Shown piece after piece: positions 10,566 to 21,752 of a DNA stretch of 64,000 bases. Each line of letters opens with the position of its first letter. Positions within the stretch are counted from its first letter, which is position 1. The stretch comes from Dictyostelium discoideum (lineage: Eukaryota). A model generated the notes under the pieces. The model was not told the DNA's origin and made no database searches. It saw nothing but the letters and a program-made list of their open reading frames with translations. The stretch is taken from assembly GCA_000004695.1 (NCBI GenBank), contig CM000155.2, positions 3,008,001 to 3,072,000 on the forward strand. The letters are read 5' to 3'. Position numbers and translations under genes: made by a program.

Positions 10566-10650
10566 ATTGTATTATAAATAATATATAAATAAATTTTTTT
10601 TTTATTTTTTTTTTTTTTATTTTTTTTATTTTTTTTTTTTATTTTATTTT

Positions 10651-10925
10651 TTAAATAGAATCCCAATCAGTTTTAATATTATTTAAACTTAATTTATCCA
10701 TACTAATAGTATAAGAATAATGATTTAAAAAATAATCAGTTTGAACACCAATTGAAGGTATACAAAGTGGTAAATTATCAGAAGCATCAGCGATAACCAA
10801 GAATAATAATTTTGTATATCTTGGATAACTTGAAATTATTTTACGTTGATTTCGATCAAAATGAACATGATCAACTTGATCATAAAATCTAACTATTAAT
10901 TTTGGTAATGATTGTGATGATGATA

Positions 10926-10994
<69 letters not shown>

Positions 10995-12648
10995 GTAAAG
11001 AAGATTTTGATTGTTTTTCTGAAATGAAGATTGTAAAATTATGAAATTTAAAATAAGTGTTAATTGGTAAATCTACTTGATTACTTTTTTTAGGTTGAAA
11101 AACAGATTGAGCTATTAGATAATGATTGAATTTATTATTTTCAAAATTTTTTTCATTGTAAATAAATAATTTATGAGAAGAGATTGGAATATTTGGTTTT
11201 TGTTTTAATGAGTTTACAATTTGATTATATTTCTTTTGTTGAAAAAATGAAAATTCATTACTAATAATACAGCTTAGTCTATGAAGTAAACGAGATTGAA
11301 TGGTTGGTGGTAAACTATTATAGTATTTCAAGGGTACTCTAATTAGGGGTAATCTCAAATCACGAATATTATTTTTATGTTCATTGAGTTCTAAAATGTC
11401 ATTTAACATCTTTTGTAAAACTTTATCAGTTTGATCTTTAATCATTCGGATTGGAGTTAAACCACTAAGGAATTGTTTTAAATTTATAGTTGTTGATAAT
11501 GGTGATTCAATTGAAAACTCTTTGAAATCTCTTAGTTGATGACGTGTTTTATTTCTACTATAGGATACTGGATCGTCGTTGGTTGGATCATTAAAATATT
11601 GAATTGATCTTTCTGAACAAAAATCCAGTATTTCCAATTTCGAGAAATCTAATAATGGTCTCACCAATAGCACAGAGTGGGTATTTGAAATTTTGGTTAT
11701 TTTAGTCATGGCTGCTAGTCCATCCAATCCACTGTTTTTATTAATTCTTTGTATAAATGTTTCCATTTGATCATTTAAATTTGTTCCATAAAATATTAAA
11801 TTATTACCATTTCCAACAGACTCACTCATTAGTATCTCAATTCTTTGATTACGTAATGACACTTGTTGTTTACATCTTTGTTCATCAATTTCAACTACTT
11901 TATGTTTAATTTTAATAAAGTTTGAATTATTATCATTGTTGATTAATTGATTGATGATTTTACTTATGTATGGTATATCCTCGGCTACAGGATTTGTCAT
12001 TTTATGATCGATTGTAATCACTGTGATTTTTAATTTTCTATTTACATTGGCTGAATTCTCTCCAATACACCAATTCTTTAATAAATATAATAATACCATA
12101 CTATCACTACCACCAGATACACCAATAACTAATGTTGATTTATTACTAATAGTTAATGTATTCATAAATTCTTGAAATTTAAATTCAATCATTTTAGAAT
12201 CAAAGAAAATATCTGGTCTTGCTTTTGCTTCACTTATTTTTTCACTGTAATCATTACTATTTTTATTACTACCATTATTTTTATTTCCAAATAAACCAGT
12301 ATTTACAATTTTATTTGTTACACTTAAACTCATTAATTTTTTAATTTCTTTTAATTTATTATATTGATTGATATCAACTGGTAATCCAATTGTAGTTTCT
12401 TTTATTTTTTCATTTTTGTCAATACTAAAATTATCATTATCATTATTATTTTTATTATTATTATCATTATCATTATTATTGTTATATATATGTGTTGTTT
12501 TATTATTATTTATACCACTATTATTATTGTTATTATTATTATCATCATTAATATTATAAGTTGGTGATTTTGATGTAGTTGTTGAATAGTATGACACATT
12601 TATTCTATTCGCTATGGTATATTTTGGTAATTTAATTAATTTATTCAT
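10651..12648 (-). CDS. tRNA(Ile)-lysidine synthetase (TilS, PP-loop ATPase), probably organellar
   Basis: The PP-loop LVIGVSGGSDSMVLLYLL matches the SGGxDS motif. NLNDQMETFIQRINKNSGLDGLAAM aligns with E. coli TilS [33 protein letters not shown] and NDPTNDDPVSYSRNKTR align with EDESNQDDSYDRNFLR. The basic, hydroxylated, acid-free N-terminus (MNKLIKLPKYTIANRINVSYYSTTTSKS) resembles a mitochondrial presequence. The protein also has poly-N and poly-S insertions. Confidence 0.8.
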
Positions 12649-12752
12649 TATTGATACACATAAATTTTTGATTATTTTTAATTTTTTTTAATCTTTTATT
12701 TTTTTTTTATTTTATATTTTATTTGTTTTGTTTGAAACTATTTTGCTTTTGT

Positions 12753-12796
<44 letters not shown>

Positions 12797-12872
12797 AATT
12801 TTTCCTGAAAATGATTTTTATAAAAAATGATAAAAAAGAAAAAAATTCACTAAAACAGTGACTTGGTTTTTG

Positions 12873-12906
<34 letters not shown>

Positions 12907-13202
12907 ATACCATTTTATACTTTAATTTTAAAATTTTATTCCAAAAATTATTTTAATATATATTTATATTTGGTTATCAACTAGAAAAGTAAAAATAAAA
13001 ATAAAATTAAAAAATAAAAATTTGGATATGTGGTCATCACAGAATTTAATTGTATAAAAAAAACTTTTTTTTCATTTTTTTTTTTTTTTTTTTTTTAATT
13101 ATTTTTTTTAAATTTTCAATTTTTTTTTTTTTTTTTTTTTTTAAAAATTTTTTTTTTTCTTTTGTTGTTCACCTAAATCATCATATAAAAAAAAATAAAA
13201 AA

Positions 13203-14245
13203 ATGAATAAAACTAATCAATTAATTAATATTTGTATTTTGGTCACATTATTTTTAATTGGAAGTTCATCAGCATTAACATTACAAGTTGAACCAAAATC
13301 ACAAGAATGTTTTTATAATTTCATAGAGTCTGGAAAGACTTCTTTACTCCTCTATCAAGTTATTAGAGGTGGCTTATTAGATATTAATGTTAAGGTAAAT
13401 TTCTTTTTTTTTTTTTTATTATCTCATTCCTATTGTTTTTCACATCATTACCACCATCACTACTATCATCTTTGTCACCGTCACCATCACTATCATCTTT
13501 GTCACCTCATCATTACTACGCCACATCACCGCCAATCATACCTTTTTAAATATTAATATATATAATTCATTATTTTTCGCATATGTGAAATATCATTTAT
13601 TATTGGTCACATTAATTTAGCTCACAGATCCAAAAGGAAATACAATTTTTGAACGTCTTCATTTTGATACACAAATGAAAGGTAAACAAAGTTTTACCGC
13701 TGGTGAATCAGGTGCATACAAAGTTTGTTTCAATAATGAAATGTCAAGATTTACCGCCAAAGTTGTCACATTTACATGGGCTTCTGAAGAAGAAGGTGTC
13801 AAAGAAGTTGCCAAAGGTGGTATGTATTGATTATTAGAATATAAATTACTATTATTATGGTGTATATAGAAAGAAAGAGAAGAGAGAAAGAGTTGGAAAT
13901 AATAAAAAGGTAATCAAATCGAGTTTATTAATAAAACCCTATATTTTTTTATTTTTTAAAAAAATTAATTAAAAAAAAAAAAAAAAAAAAACAAATTAAA
14001 ATTTAGATTCAATCACTCCAATGGATCAATCAGTTCAAAAGATTGAAAGAGTTCTTCAATCAGTTATTCATGAACAAAAGAAATTAAGATATAGAGAACA
14101 AGCAAACAGAGATACCTCTGAAAGTACTAATGCACGTGTTGTATGGTGGACAATCGCTGAGGTTATTGTATTAGTTGTAATGGGTGTTGGTCAAATTTGG
14201 TATTTAAGAAAATGGTTTGATAATAAATCAACAGGAAGAGTTTAA
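13203..14245 (+). CDS. p24/emp24/gp25L (TMED) cargo-receptor family protein (3 exons: 13203-13394, 13621-13819, 14007-14245)
   Basis: A signal peptide is followed by a GOLD domain (LTLQVEPKSQECFYNF...KGKQSFTAGESGAYKVCFNN), a coiled-coil (VQKIERVLQSVIHEQKKLRYREQ), a single TM helix (WWTIAEVIVLVVMGVGQIWYL) and a short cytosolic tail. The introns have GTAAAT/GTATGT donors and TTTAG acceptors. Confidence 0.75.
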
Positions 14246-14549
14246 AATAATTTTTTAAAAAAAAAGAAATAAAAAAAAAATAAATAAACAATTATAATAA
14301 ATAAAATAATTTTTTATAAAAAAAAAAGAAAAACATATAGTCACATTATCCACACCCAAATGAAAGGCTTTTTTTTTTTTTAATATTGATTAGTTCCAGT
14401 GTAGTTAGTTTACCATTTATTTATTTTTTGTTTTTTTTTTATCATTTTCCATTTTTTTTATAATCTTTTTCTTTTTTTTTTTAAAAAAAAAAAAATAATC
14501 AAAATCATGATATTTTTAGAATAATCAATAATTTTTTTTTTTTTTTTTT

Positions 14550-17500
14550 TTGCAAATCAAAACAATAAGAATGTCATTTTTTAACAATGATTTTAAAATA
14601 GATAGAATTAATAATAGTAATAATTATGAAAAATCATTTTGGAAAATTATTAGTAATTTTTATCTATTAAAATTAATTTTTAATAAAATTAATGATACAG
14701 AGTGGATAAAATTTGAAAATCCAAAACAAATCAATCATTTTAAAAATAGAAAAAAGTTTAAAGATATTACATCTTTAAAATGGATGTTAAAAAAAAAATT
14801 ATTCTCATTATTAAAACTTAAAATCAATAACAATGACGAGTTTATTAATATTGATAAACATTCGATTTATGAATTATTTCGATCATTATCATTGACTCCA
14901 AACTCTATTAATGTTTTAGATAATACTATTCATGGTAATAATGATGAAGAAAATTTCATTGAAACTCAAGAGAATTGGATATATAATGATCTTGAAGCAC
15001 AATATGATCAACCAAAATCCATTGTAGAATATAATGAAAATGATATTATTCAAATTAAAGAAATATTAAATTTATTATTAAATAAGAGAAGGAATGAATT
15101 TGAAATTTGTGATTTAACAAATGCAGCGATTAATTGCAATAGTTTATATGTTTTGAAGTTATTAATTAGTGAACCATATTATATTGATGTTATTCCATCA
15201 TCGATTTTATTGGCATATAGAAAATGTGACCCAATTATTATTTTAGAATTATTTAAATTTAATAAATCAATTTTTTCATTTTATGAAATTAAAATTCACT
15301 CTTTGGAACAATCAAGTAAAAATAAATACAATTCTTTAGAAATGGTTAAATTTATCTTAGAAAATGATTATTTATATAAATTAAATGAAATTGAAAAACA
15401 ATCACCATCATCATATATATCATTATTTTTTATTGAAATTTCACATAGGAAATTAAAAGTTGAAAATGTTTTAAAATTAAAATGTTTAAAAACTATTAAA
15501 ATTTTAATGGAATTAAATTTAATTGAACCATCAACATTTGTTGATAATTCAATTTTTGATGTATTAAATTTTAATAATACTTTTGAAGAATCAAAAACAA
15601 TTTTGTTGTTTTGTTTAAAGTATTTCCCAAAATTAAAAAATGATAAAGAAATCAAAAAAAAACTAGAAAACATTTTAGAAAATGATTGTGATAATTTAAA
15701 AGAATTACAAACGTTGATTATAATAAATTTACATCCTTTAAATTTATATAGACAATACATCAAGAATTATCAAGAATCAATAGATGAATGTCATTTAGAT
15801 GGTTTAGTTTCAAATGATTATGATATGGAATCCAATAAATTTATTACCTTTTATAGATTATCCACTTTACTTTCTTTTGGGGGTCAAAAAATATTTAATC
15901 TTTTTAAATTGGATAACGCAAGAAATTTATTATTAACAGAAAAAGATATTAAAAAAAGTAATATAAAATTTCATCCTTTATTATTTGATTCATATGATTC
16001 ATCAAAACTTTTAATTGATAATATATCAGTAGTAGAGTGGTTAATCGATAATAATATGATGTTAAGGGTACTCAATTCAAACATGATTTCTATTAAATTT
16101 AAATCTTTTGATTTTGGATTATCCTGCTTTTTAAATTATGAAGTATTAAGAAATTTAAAAAGAAGTTTAATATTTGAACAATTTTTAAAGGATTTCTTTT
16201 TCTCATCAATCGAAAATGGATCAATTAATATATTGAAAAAAATAAGTAATATCGTTCGAGAATATATCAATGTATCTCAATTTTATAGTACAATAGAGCT
16301 TTTTTTACCAAATGATATATATATTTCCTTAGAGGTGTTTAATTATTTCAATGAAAATGGTTTTAATGGTTTTAGGGATCAATTACTATATAAATTTTTA
16401 AAACTATCTATTGATAAACATCCATCATTAAAAAAGGTTAAAATAAATCATAATCTAATTGGTTTATATGACTTAATCCTTTTTTTCCCAAAAGATTTAA
16501 ATTTAGTTAAATTATTTCTTAATAATATTGACAAATTAAAAGAAGATAATCCAATTCAAGAGTTAGATAATAATATATACAATCAATATTTTGATTTAGT
16601 CCAAAACAATTTCAAAACAAAGCAATTGGTTTCAATTATTAAATTAATTATCTCAAAGTTTAATAACAATTCAAATGTACATATTTTAAATCATTATTTT
16701 AATCTCTTGATAAGAAATTATGGTGTAACTATTGAAACTATTAAAACAATACAAGATCTACTGTTTGAAAATTCAATTGTTATTGAAAATTCTACAATTC
16801 GTACATTCTATTACCTAAATGCTAGATCCCCAAAATTTACGAAATTAATACTCACAGGAATTAAATCATATTGGCTTTGTTTAGGAACGGATCAAATTAA
16901 ATCAATTGAAATTTATATTAGTAATTTCAATTATAAATATTTAACTGAACAACAAGAAATTTATGGAAATCAAAAATTTAAAAATTCATTTGATATAATT
17001 TTAAAAGAGTTAATTTCAAATATTATTTTTAAAAAATTTAAAACTAATCCAAATATTGAAATAAGAGAATTTGAAAGATTAACTAAACCTCTTTTAATAT
17101 ACTTTTTAAAAATTGGAAGAAGAGATTTATTTTTAGAAAATTATCAATGGTTTAAAATGATGTTATATAAACATTTAAATAATTTAAGTATTTTAGAACT
17201 AATTGCGGAATGTACCTCATCAATTTTATCTCCATCAGTTCCTTCGAATGGTAATCTTAAATTATTAAACTCAATATCACCAATTTTTAGAACCAATTAT
17301 TTCAATGACAGTTTTAAATTTAAAAAACCAAATGATTTTGATTTGAATTTGTTTTTTAAATCTTGTAGCCAATATGAACTTTCTATAGTATTAGAAAATT
17401 ATTTCAATTCAAATAGTTTCCTTTCAAAGGCTTTATTTGAATCATTTGATTTTAATAACATTGATAATTTAAAGTTTTTAATTGAAAATTATAATAATCA

Positions 17501-18227
17501 CATTCAATTAATTGGTTTATTTGATTATAAAAAATCATGTTTTCTATCTTTAAAATTTATTTTAAATAATTTCCCACAAAAATTTTATAATCATATTATA
17601 ATACCAATTGAAATTCAAAAGGAATCATTAAATGATTTAGAATTTTCTGATAATTTTTTAAACTACATTTATATTTATTTCAGCAATAATGTAGATTCAT
17701 TAAAATTTTTAAATTCAGAAAATGGTAAAATAAATCAATTCATTCAAGAATTAATAATTAAAATTAGGGAATTAATAACAACAAATAAATTATTTTTAAT
17801 TGAAAAAACTGATCAATCAAAACAACAAAAATCAGATAAAAATAATGAAATTAAATCAATAATCGAACAAAAAGATATTAAAGAATTACTATTATCAAAT
17901 TTAAATAATTATTTAGAAATTAGAGATTCACAAAGGAATTTAAAAAAAAGTGAATTTGAAATTAAATATTTAAATGATGATAATAATTTATTTATTCAAT
18001 CATTTATAAATGGTGATATTAAACAATGTGAATTGTTACTACTTCATTTTAAAAACTTTATTTTAACAAAATCTTCAATAACAAAAACAATTATAAATAA
18101 TAATATTTTTATAATTAAATATTTTTATCATAAACTTATAAAAATTAATTTAATTTTATTAAATTATTTAAAATCACAATTATTACAAAATTATGACTAT
18201 AAATATAATTTAAATTGGTTAGAATAA
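14550..18227 (+). CDS. large low-complexity hypothetical protein (1225 aa; N/K/I/L/F-rich)
   Basis: This is a long uninterrupted ORF in AT-rich DNA with no recognisable domain. Its codon composition is like other Dictyostelium low-complexity genes. I cannot assign a function. Confidence 0.5.
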   Translation: MQIKTIRMSFFNNDFKIDRINNSNNYEKSFWKIISNFYLLKLIFNKINDTEWIKFENPKQINHFKNRKKFKDITSLKWMLKKKLFSLLKLKINNNDEFINIDKHSIYELFRSLSLTPNSINVLDNTIHGNNDEENFIETQENWIYNDLEAQYDQPKSIVEYNENDIIQIKEILNLLLNKRRNEFEICDLTNAAINCNSLYVLKLLISEPYYIDVIPSSILLAYRKCDPIIILELFKFNKSIFSFYEIKIHSLEQSSKNKYNSLEMVKFILENDYLYKLNEIEKQSPSSYISLFFIEISHRKLKVENVLKLKCLKTIKILMELNLIEPSTFVDNSIFDVLNFNNTFEESKTILLFCLKYFPKLKNDKEIKKKLENILENDCDNLKELQTLIIINLHPLNLYRQYIKNYQESIDECHLDGLVSNDYDMESNKFITFYRLSTLLSFGGQKIFNLFKLDNARNLLLTEKDIKKSNIKFHPLLFDSYDSSKLLIDNISVVEWLIDNNMMLRVLNSNMISIKFKSFDFGLSCFLNYEVLRNLKRSLIFEQFLKDFFFSSIENGSINILKKISNIVREYINVSQFYSTIELFLPNDIYISLEVFNYFNENGFNGFRDQLLYKFLKLSIDKHPSLKKVKINHNLIGLYDLILFFPKDLNLVKLFLNNIDKLKEDNPIQELDNNIYNQYFDLVQNNFKTKQLVSIIKLIISKFNNNSNVHILNHYFNLLIRNYGVTIETIKTIQDLLFENSIVIENSTIRTFYYLNARSPKFTKLILTGIKSYWLCLGTDQIKSIEIYISNFNYKYLTEQQEIYGNQKFKNSFDIILKELISNIIFKKFKTNPNIEIREFERLTKPLLIYFLKIGRRDLFLENYQWFKMMLYKHLNNLSILELIAECTSSILSPSVPSNGNLKLLNSISPIFRTNYFNDSFKFKKPNDFDLNLFFKSCSQYELSIVLENYFNSNSFLSKALFESFDFNNIDNLKFLIENYNNHIQLIGLFDYKKSCFLSLKFILNNFPQKFYNHIIIPIEIQKESLNDLEFSDNFLNYIYIYFSNNVDSLKFLNSENGKINQFIQELIIKIRELITTNKLFLIEKTDQSKQQKSDKNNEIKSIIEQKDIKELLLSNLNNYLEIRDSQRNLKKSEFEIKYLNDDNNLFIQSFINGDIKQCELLLLHFKNFILTKSSITKTIINNNIFIIKYFYHKLIKINLILLNYLKSQLLQNYDYKYNLNWLE

Positions 18228-18348
18228 ATTATTATTATTTTATTATTATTATTATTATTATTATTTAAAAAAAAAAGAAAATTATATATTATATTTTATA
18301 AGTTTATTCGAACAAAAAAAAAAACCTTTTTTGTTTATTATTACTTTA

Positions 18349-18374
<26 letters not shown>

Positions 18375-18380
<6 letters not shown>

Positions 18381-19620
18381 AAAAGAACCATCAAAACCAC
18401 TAAAACCTGATAATAAAAATATTGGATAATAAGGTTTCTTTGCGATTTGAGCAGACCATTGCCAAGCAGAAGTTAATCTACCATCAATACAAGAGCCAGC
18501 ATCGAAAAAGTTATCGGCACCACTACCATCGAAAGCGTGTTTAAAGAAATCACAAAGGATGATTTTGGTTAAAGTTTGTGGACCACCAAAGGTGTTTTTG
18601 ATGTAAGCAACTAAATTTGGATCGGTGATCTTTGGAATATATTCAATGGTTAAAACGATTGGACTTAGGATTCTAGAGATTTGAGTGTATTTATCGATGA
18701 AAACCAAAGAGTTTGGAACGTTATGATCACCCAAATGAATAACGGAAGAACCAACCCAATCATCACCAACTTTTTTTTGAGTTTGACGTAGAATACTATG
18801 CATAATTTTACCAACGTTTGGACATTGTTGAATACGATTTAGACCTTGACCAGTGTTTGATAATTGATATCTGTGTCCGCATAAAAGATCAATTTCTGCA
18901 AAGTACCAAAGTTTAAACATATCATGAAGAATATGTTGCCACAAGGAGAGTGATTGATATACATAGTTATATTGTTTACGATGATTGTGAGAAAGACGTG
19001 CACCACCAATGCCATGTTCCAAAGCCAATGAAAAACCTCTCTCTGATTGATTTGGACTAAAGTATTCCTTGAGGAGATGTTTCATTTTCTTGACTGGATC
19101 ACGATTCTCCCTAAGGAATGTATGATTATCACAGATGGAGTAAATACAAACCTCAATCTCCTCTGATTTCAACATTGATGATGAGTAACGACGTGATAAT
19201 GTTTTGATTGCATGTTCCTTTTCACGAATTTCACGTTGAATTTGAGGTCTGGTTTTATTCTCTGCTAAAACCTCACGAGTTGCCAATTCTAACAATGGAT
19301 CCTCTAACAATTTGAGTCCGTTACGTTCATCCAAAAACAAGAAAACGGTTTTCAATGGTTTAATCATATTAAGTCCACTAAGATTTTTCTTTACATCTTC
19401 ATCTGCTGCATCTTGTAATAAATGAATCATTTTACCATATTCAGTTCTCATCTTTGCTGGATTCATAATCTTGTGTCTTCTACCAATTTCAAAAACATTT
19501 TGAAAGAATTCTTCATTTTCAAAGAAATCTTTATTTTCAACTAATTGTTGACCTTTTTTAAAATCACTTTTTTTTTAAAATAATAAAATAAATAAAATTA
19601 GTTTTGAAAATTTATAAATT

Positions 19621-19652
<32 letters not shown>

Positions 19653-20618
19653 TTATAATTACCTTGCAACCAATAAACCTGATAAAATTGCACACATACC
19701 TCTTAATTGATCATTTATTCTTTTTGATTTTGAACCACCAACATGAATGATATCGATTTTATCTGTATATTCTGAAACGTGAAGTGCTGCCTCTAAAAGA
19801 CGAAGATCATTTCTCTCACGAATATTTAAACGAATTGGAATATATTTAGATCTTTCTGTGAACCAATCCTTTGAAAGTCTTGGAATAAAATCTGTAAAAT
19901 TTTCATTCTTGTGAATGAATTTCTCCTCGTCCTCATCAATCTCTTCATCTTCATCTTTATGGTGATTATTGATTTGATGATTATTAGAACCCCCACCATT
20001 ACGTTGTTGATTAGTATGATGAAAAGGTAATGGATTGAGTAAATTACTAGTGCCTCTATACATACTATTTATACTGTTAATGTTGTTGTTGTTGTTATTA
20101 ATACTTTTATTATCATCCATTTCAATGTTGTTAGTGTTGTTGGTATTATTATTGTTGTTGTTGTTGTTTTGAACTTTTTCATCTTCTTTGCCATGTAATG
20201 GAGGTTGACGATCACGTTTATTTAATTCATCATAATCAAGTTCTTGACCATGTTTATTTTTAAAAATATGTGACCTACGTGAACCTCTTCTATGGAGTGA
20301 CTAAAATTTTTTTGAAAAAAAAAAAAAATATATTTTAAATATTAGACTTTTTTTCTTTTAATTTTTCTTTTTTGTATTTTTCTTTTTTTTTTTTTTTTTT
20401 TTATATATACATACAGTTGAACAAACTGTACAAAGTTCATCTTGACATTGCAAACATACAACTTCAGCTGGTTGATCTGTACATTCACAGCACATACCTG
20501 GAGTTTCTTCATCTTCACTCATAGATTCAAATTTACGATTGGTTGAGTCATCTTCTTCTATATCTATATCATCAAGGTCGTTATCCAAAACTTTTGTTAA
20601 TTTATTTTGTTTTGACAT
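18375..20618 (-). CDS. conserved hypothetical protein with an N-terminal Cys-rich motif (3 exons: 20415-20618, 19663-20300, 18375-19566)
   Basis: Exon 1 reads MSKQNKLTKVLDNDL...GMCCECTDQPAEVVCLQCQDELCTVCST and ends at a GTATGT donor. Exon 2 (SLHRRGS...DWFTERSKYIPIRLNIRERNDLRLLEAALHVSEYTDKIDIIHVGGSKSKRINDQLRGMCAILSGLLVA) ends at a GTAATT donor. Exon 3 contains MNPAKMRTEYGKMIHLLQDAADE...GHRYQLSNTGQGLNRIQQCPNVGKIMHSILRQTQKK...SCIDGRLTSAWQWSAQIAKKPYYPIFLLSGFSGFDGSFN. Splice phases are consistent across all three exons (0/0, then 2/1). I do not recognise the family confidently. Confidence 0.6.
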
Positions 20619-20980
20619 TTCTATAATAAATAATAAATAAAAAAAAAAAAAAGGTTTAGTGGTGTGGAAAAAAAAAAAAAAAAAATGGAAATTAGATATT
20701 TGGATCAACAACAAAAAAAAAAAAAAAAAAAATTTTTGAAAAAATAAAAAAAATTGGAAAAAAGAAAAAATAAAGAAAGTTGAACTTGAAGGGGGTGAAA
20801 ATAATAAATGTTTACTACAAAAAACATTAACCATATCCCTAAAATTTTCTTTTTTTTTTTTTTCTTTCTTATTTTACTTTTTTTTTTTACTTTTTTTTTT
20901 TACTTTTTTTTTTGTTTTTTTTTTTTTTTTTTTTGAAACCAATGATTTAAATATACTAATGTTATTTTTTTAATTTTTTA

Positions 20981-21193
20981 TTATTTTTTTTTAAATGATT
21001 TACCTTCAGATTGATCTCTTCTTTTTTTTGAAGTTTTGGACGCCACCTTTAACTCGTTTTTGGTATGTTCAGAAGAATGCCCAGAAAATAAATTATATAC
21101 CCAATTAATTATTGCTACAAGTATTATTAGGTTAATCAATAAACCTAATATTAGGGCTGAACTATCTGTTTGAAAGTTTTGTATATAATTCAC
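20981..21193 (-). CDS. small hypothetical single-pass membrane protein (70 aa)
   Basis: The ORF (MNYIQNFQTDSSALILGLLINLIILVAIINWVYNLFSGH..KRRDQSEGK) has locally raised GC and codon structure unlike the surrounding spacer. It has one hydrophobic helix and a basic tail. No homology was recognised. Confidence 0.35.
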   Translation of the reverse strand: MNYIQNFQTDSSALILGLLINLIILVAIINWVYNLFSGHSSEHTKNELKVASKTSKKRRDQSEGKSFKKK

Positions 21194-21302
21194 AATTTTA
21201 TAATGACTAATAAAATATTATTTTTTTTTTTATTTTCTTTTTTTTTTAAAAATTGGAGAACAAAAAAATAAAATAAAAAAAATAAATAAAAATAAAATTA
21301 AT

Positions 21303-21333
<31 letters not shown>

Positions 21334-21355
21334 TAAAGAATTTTTTTAAAATTTT

Positions 21356-21388
<33 letters not shown>

Positions 21389-21534
21389 ATAAAAAATAAA
21401 AAATAAAAAAAAAAAAAAAAAATTAAATTAAAAAAAACGAAAAAATTATTTGTTTTTTTTGTTTTATTTAATATAAAAAATAATAAATCCCTTTTTTATA
21501 TTAAATATTCGTGAATCTGATCTTTTCCAAAAAT

Positions 21535-21574
<40 letters not shown>

Positions 21575-21752
21575 CTCTCTCGAATACTGTATTTTGGAAT
21601 TGATTGGGTTTGACTTAAAATATTTTTTTTATTGATAAACCAGAGCCTCCAAAAGATCGATAATAATAAAAAAAAAAAAAAAAAAAAAATAATAATATAA
21701 TAAAAATAAAAGTTATTAATTTTTTAAATATTTTAATTATTTATTTATTTGT

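Noticed and set aside
13050-13556. 168-aa ORF beginning MYKKNFFFIFFFFFF and ending in a His/Tyr-rich tail
   Set aside because: It reads through poly-T promoter DNA upstream and intron 1 downstream of the genuine p24 exon 1 (13203-13394).
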